From positions 1,098 through 65,097 of the forward strand of contig SHUX01000001.1 of NCBI GenBank assembly GCA_009694475.1: a stretch of 64,000 nt of DNA, given 5' to 3'. Each line of letters begins with the position of its first letter. Within the stretch, counting starts at the first letter, position 1. Below the pieces are notes generated by a model that made no database searches, was not told the origin of the DNA, and saw nothing but the letters and a program-made list of their open reading frames with translations. This DNA is from Thermoleophilia bacterium. Lineage in GTDB: Bacteria > Actinomycetota > Thermoleophilia > Gaiellales > F1-60-MAGs149. This document shows positions 63,990 to 64,000 of this stretch, in pieces. The translations under genes and the position numbers were made by a program.

Positions 63990-64000
63990 GCCCGACCCCA

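Noticed and set aside
1-64000. A search for mobile elements, prophage genes, toxin-antitoxin pairs, defence systems, tRNA/rRNA genes or secondary-metabolite clusters that could represent the suggested novel system.
   Set aside because: I recognised none. Every sizeable ORF is assignable to housekeeping, envelope or respiratory functions, or is a single hypothetical gene. The unusual signals here are repeats, a duplication, a frameshift and degenerate enzyme folds, not a multi-gene accessory island.

Overview
This is a high-GC, densely coding chromosomal window, and almost every gene is housekeeping. All calls rest on motif and family recognition by eye, because no searches could be run. In order, the window contains:
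- leuCD, ychF, methylmalonyl-CoA epimerase, NAPRTase and hutD, then a frameshifted hutH.
- proBA, translationally coupled to a glycosyltransferase.
- A minus-strand envelope-glycan operon: DegT aminotransferase, DUF354, CapD-like dehydratase, an embedded LysR regulator, and a GT4-GT2 fusion.
- RNase D.
- A large respiratory block: futalosine-pathway genes mqnC/mqnA/mqnE, a polyprenyl synthase, menG, ubiX and ubiD; a Bacillus-type qcrABC; msrB and hemB.
- A membrane pseudokinase, moeA and fumC.
- An M28-like membrane protein, a two-component system, otsA coupled to a BKACE enzyme, and resA/ccdA.
- A WbpI/A/B/D-like UDP-sugar cluster, then lysE, an M16 peptidase, an amidohydrolase and an NTP-transferase.
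- A SigR/RsrA-like sigma/anti-sigma pair placed divergently from ctaA, followed by O-antigen-ligase-like and DUF2029-like membrane proteins, a GntR regulator and an RmlA-like enzyme.

I see no tRNA or rRNA genes, CRISPR array, transposase, integrase, prophage or recognisable defence island.

The most unusual signals are non-coding or structural:
1. A dispersed family of nested inverted-repeat / palindromic elements sharing the half-site GACATGACAA-N8-TTGTCATGTC. It occurs at five loci, mostly exactly between convergent stop codons. The two arms of each copy are perfectly complementary even though arms differ between copies.
2. An exact 69-bp in-frame tandem duplication at the 5' end of ctaA, next to a textbook GGAAT-N18-GTT SigR-type promoter.
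3. A 1-nt frameshift in hutH.
4. A kinase-fold protein in which every catalytic motif is replaced.
5. A small degenerate polyprenyl-synthase-like ORF coupled to ubiD.

The gene content (RsrA-like anti-sigma, DUF3107, futalosine route, probably leaderless starts) suggests a deep-branching Actinomycetota-like organism. That placement is inference only.
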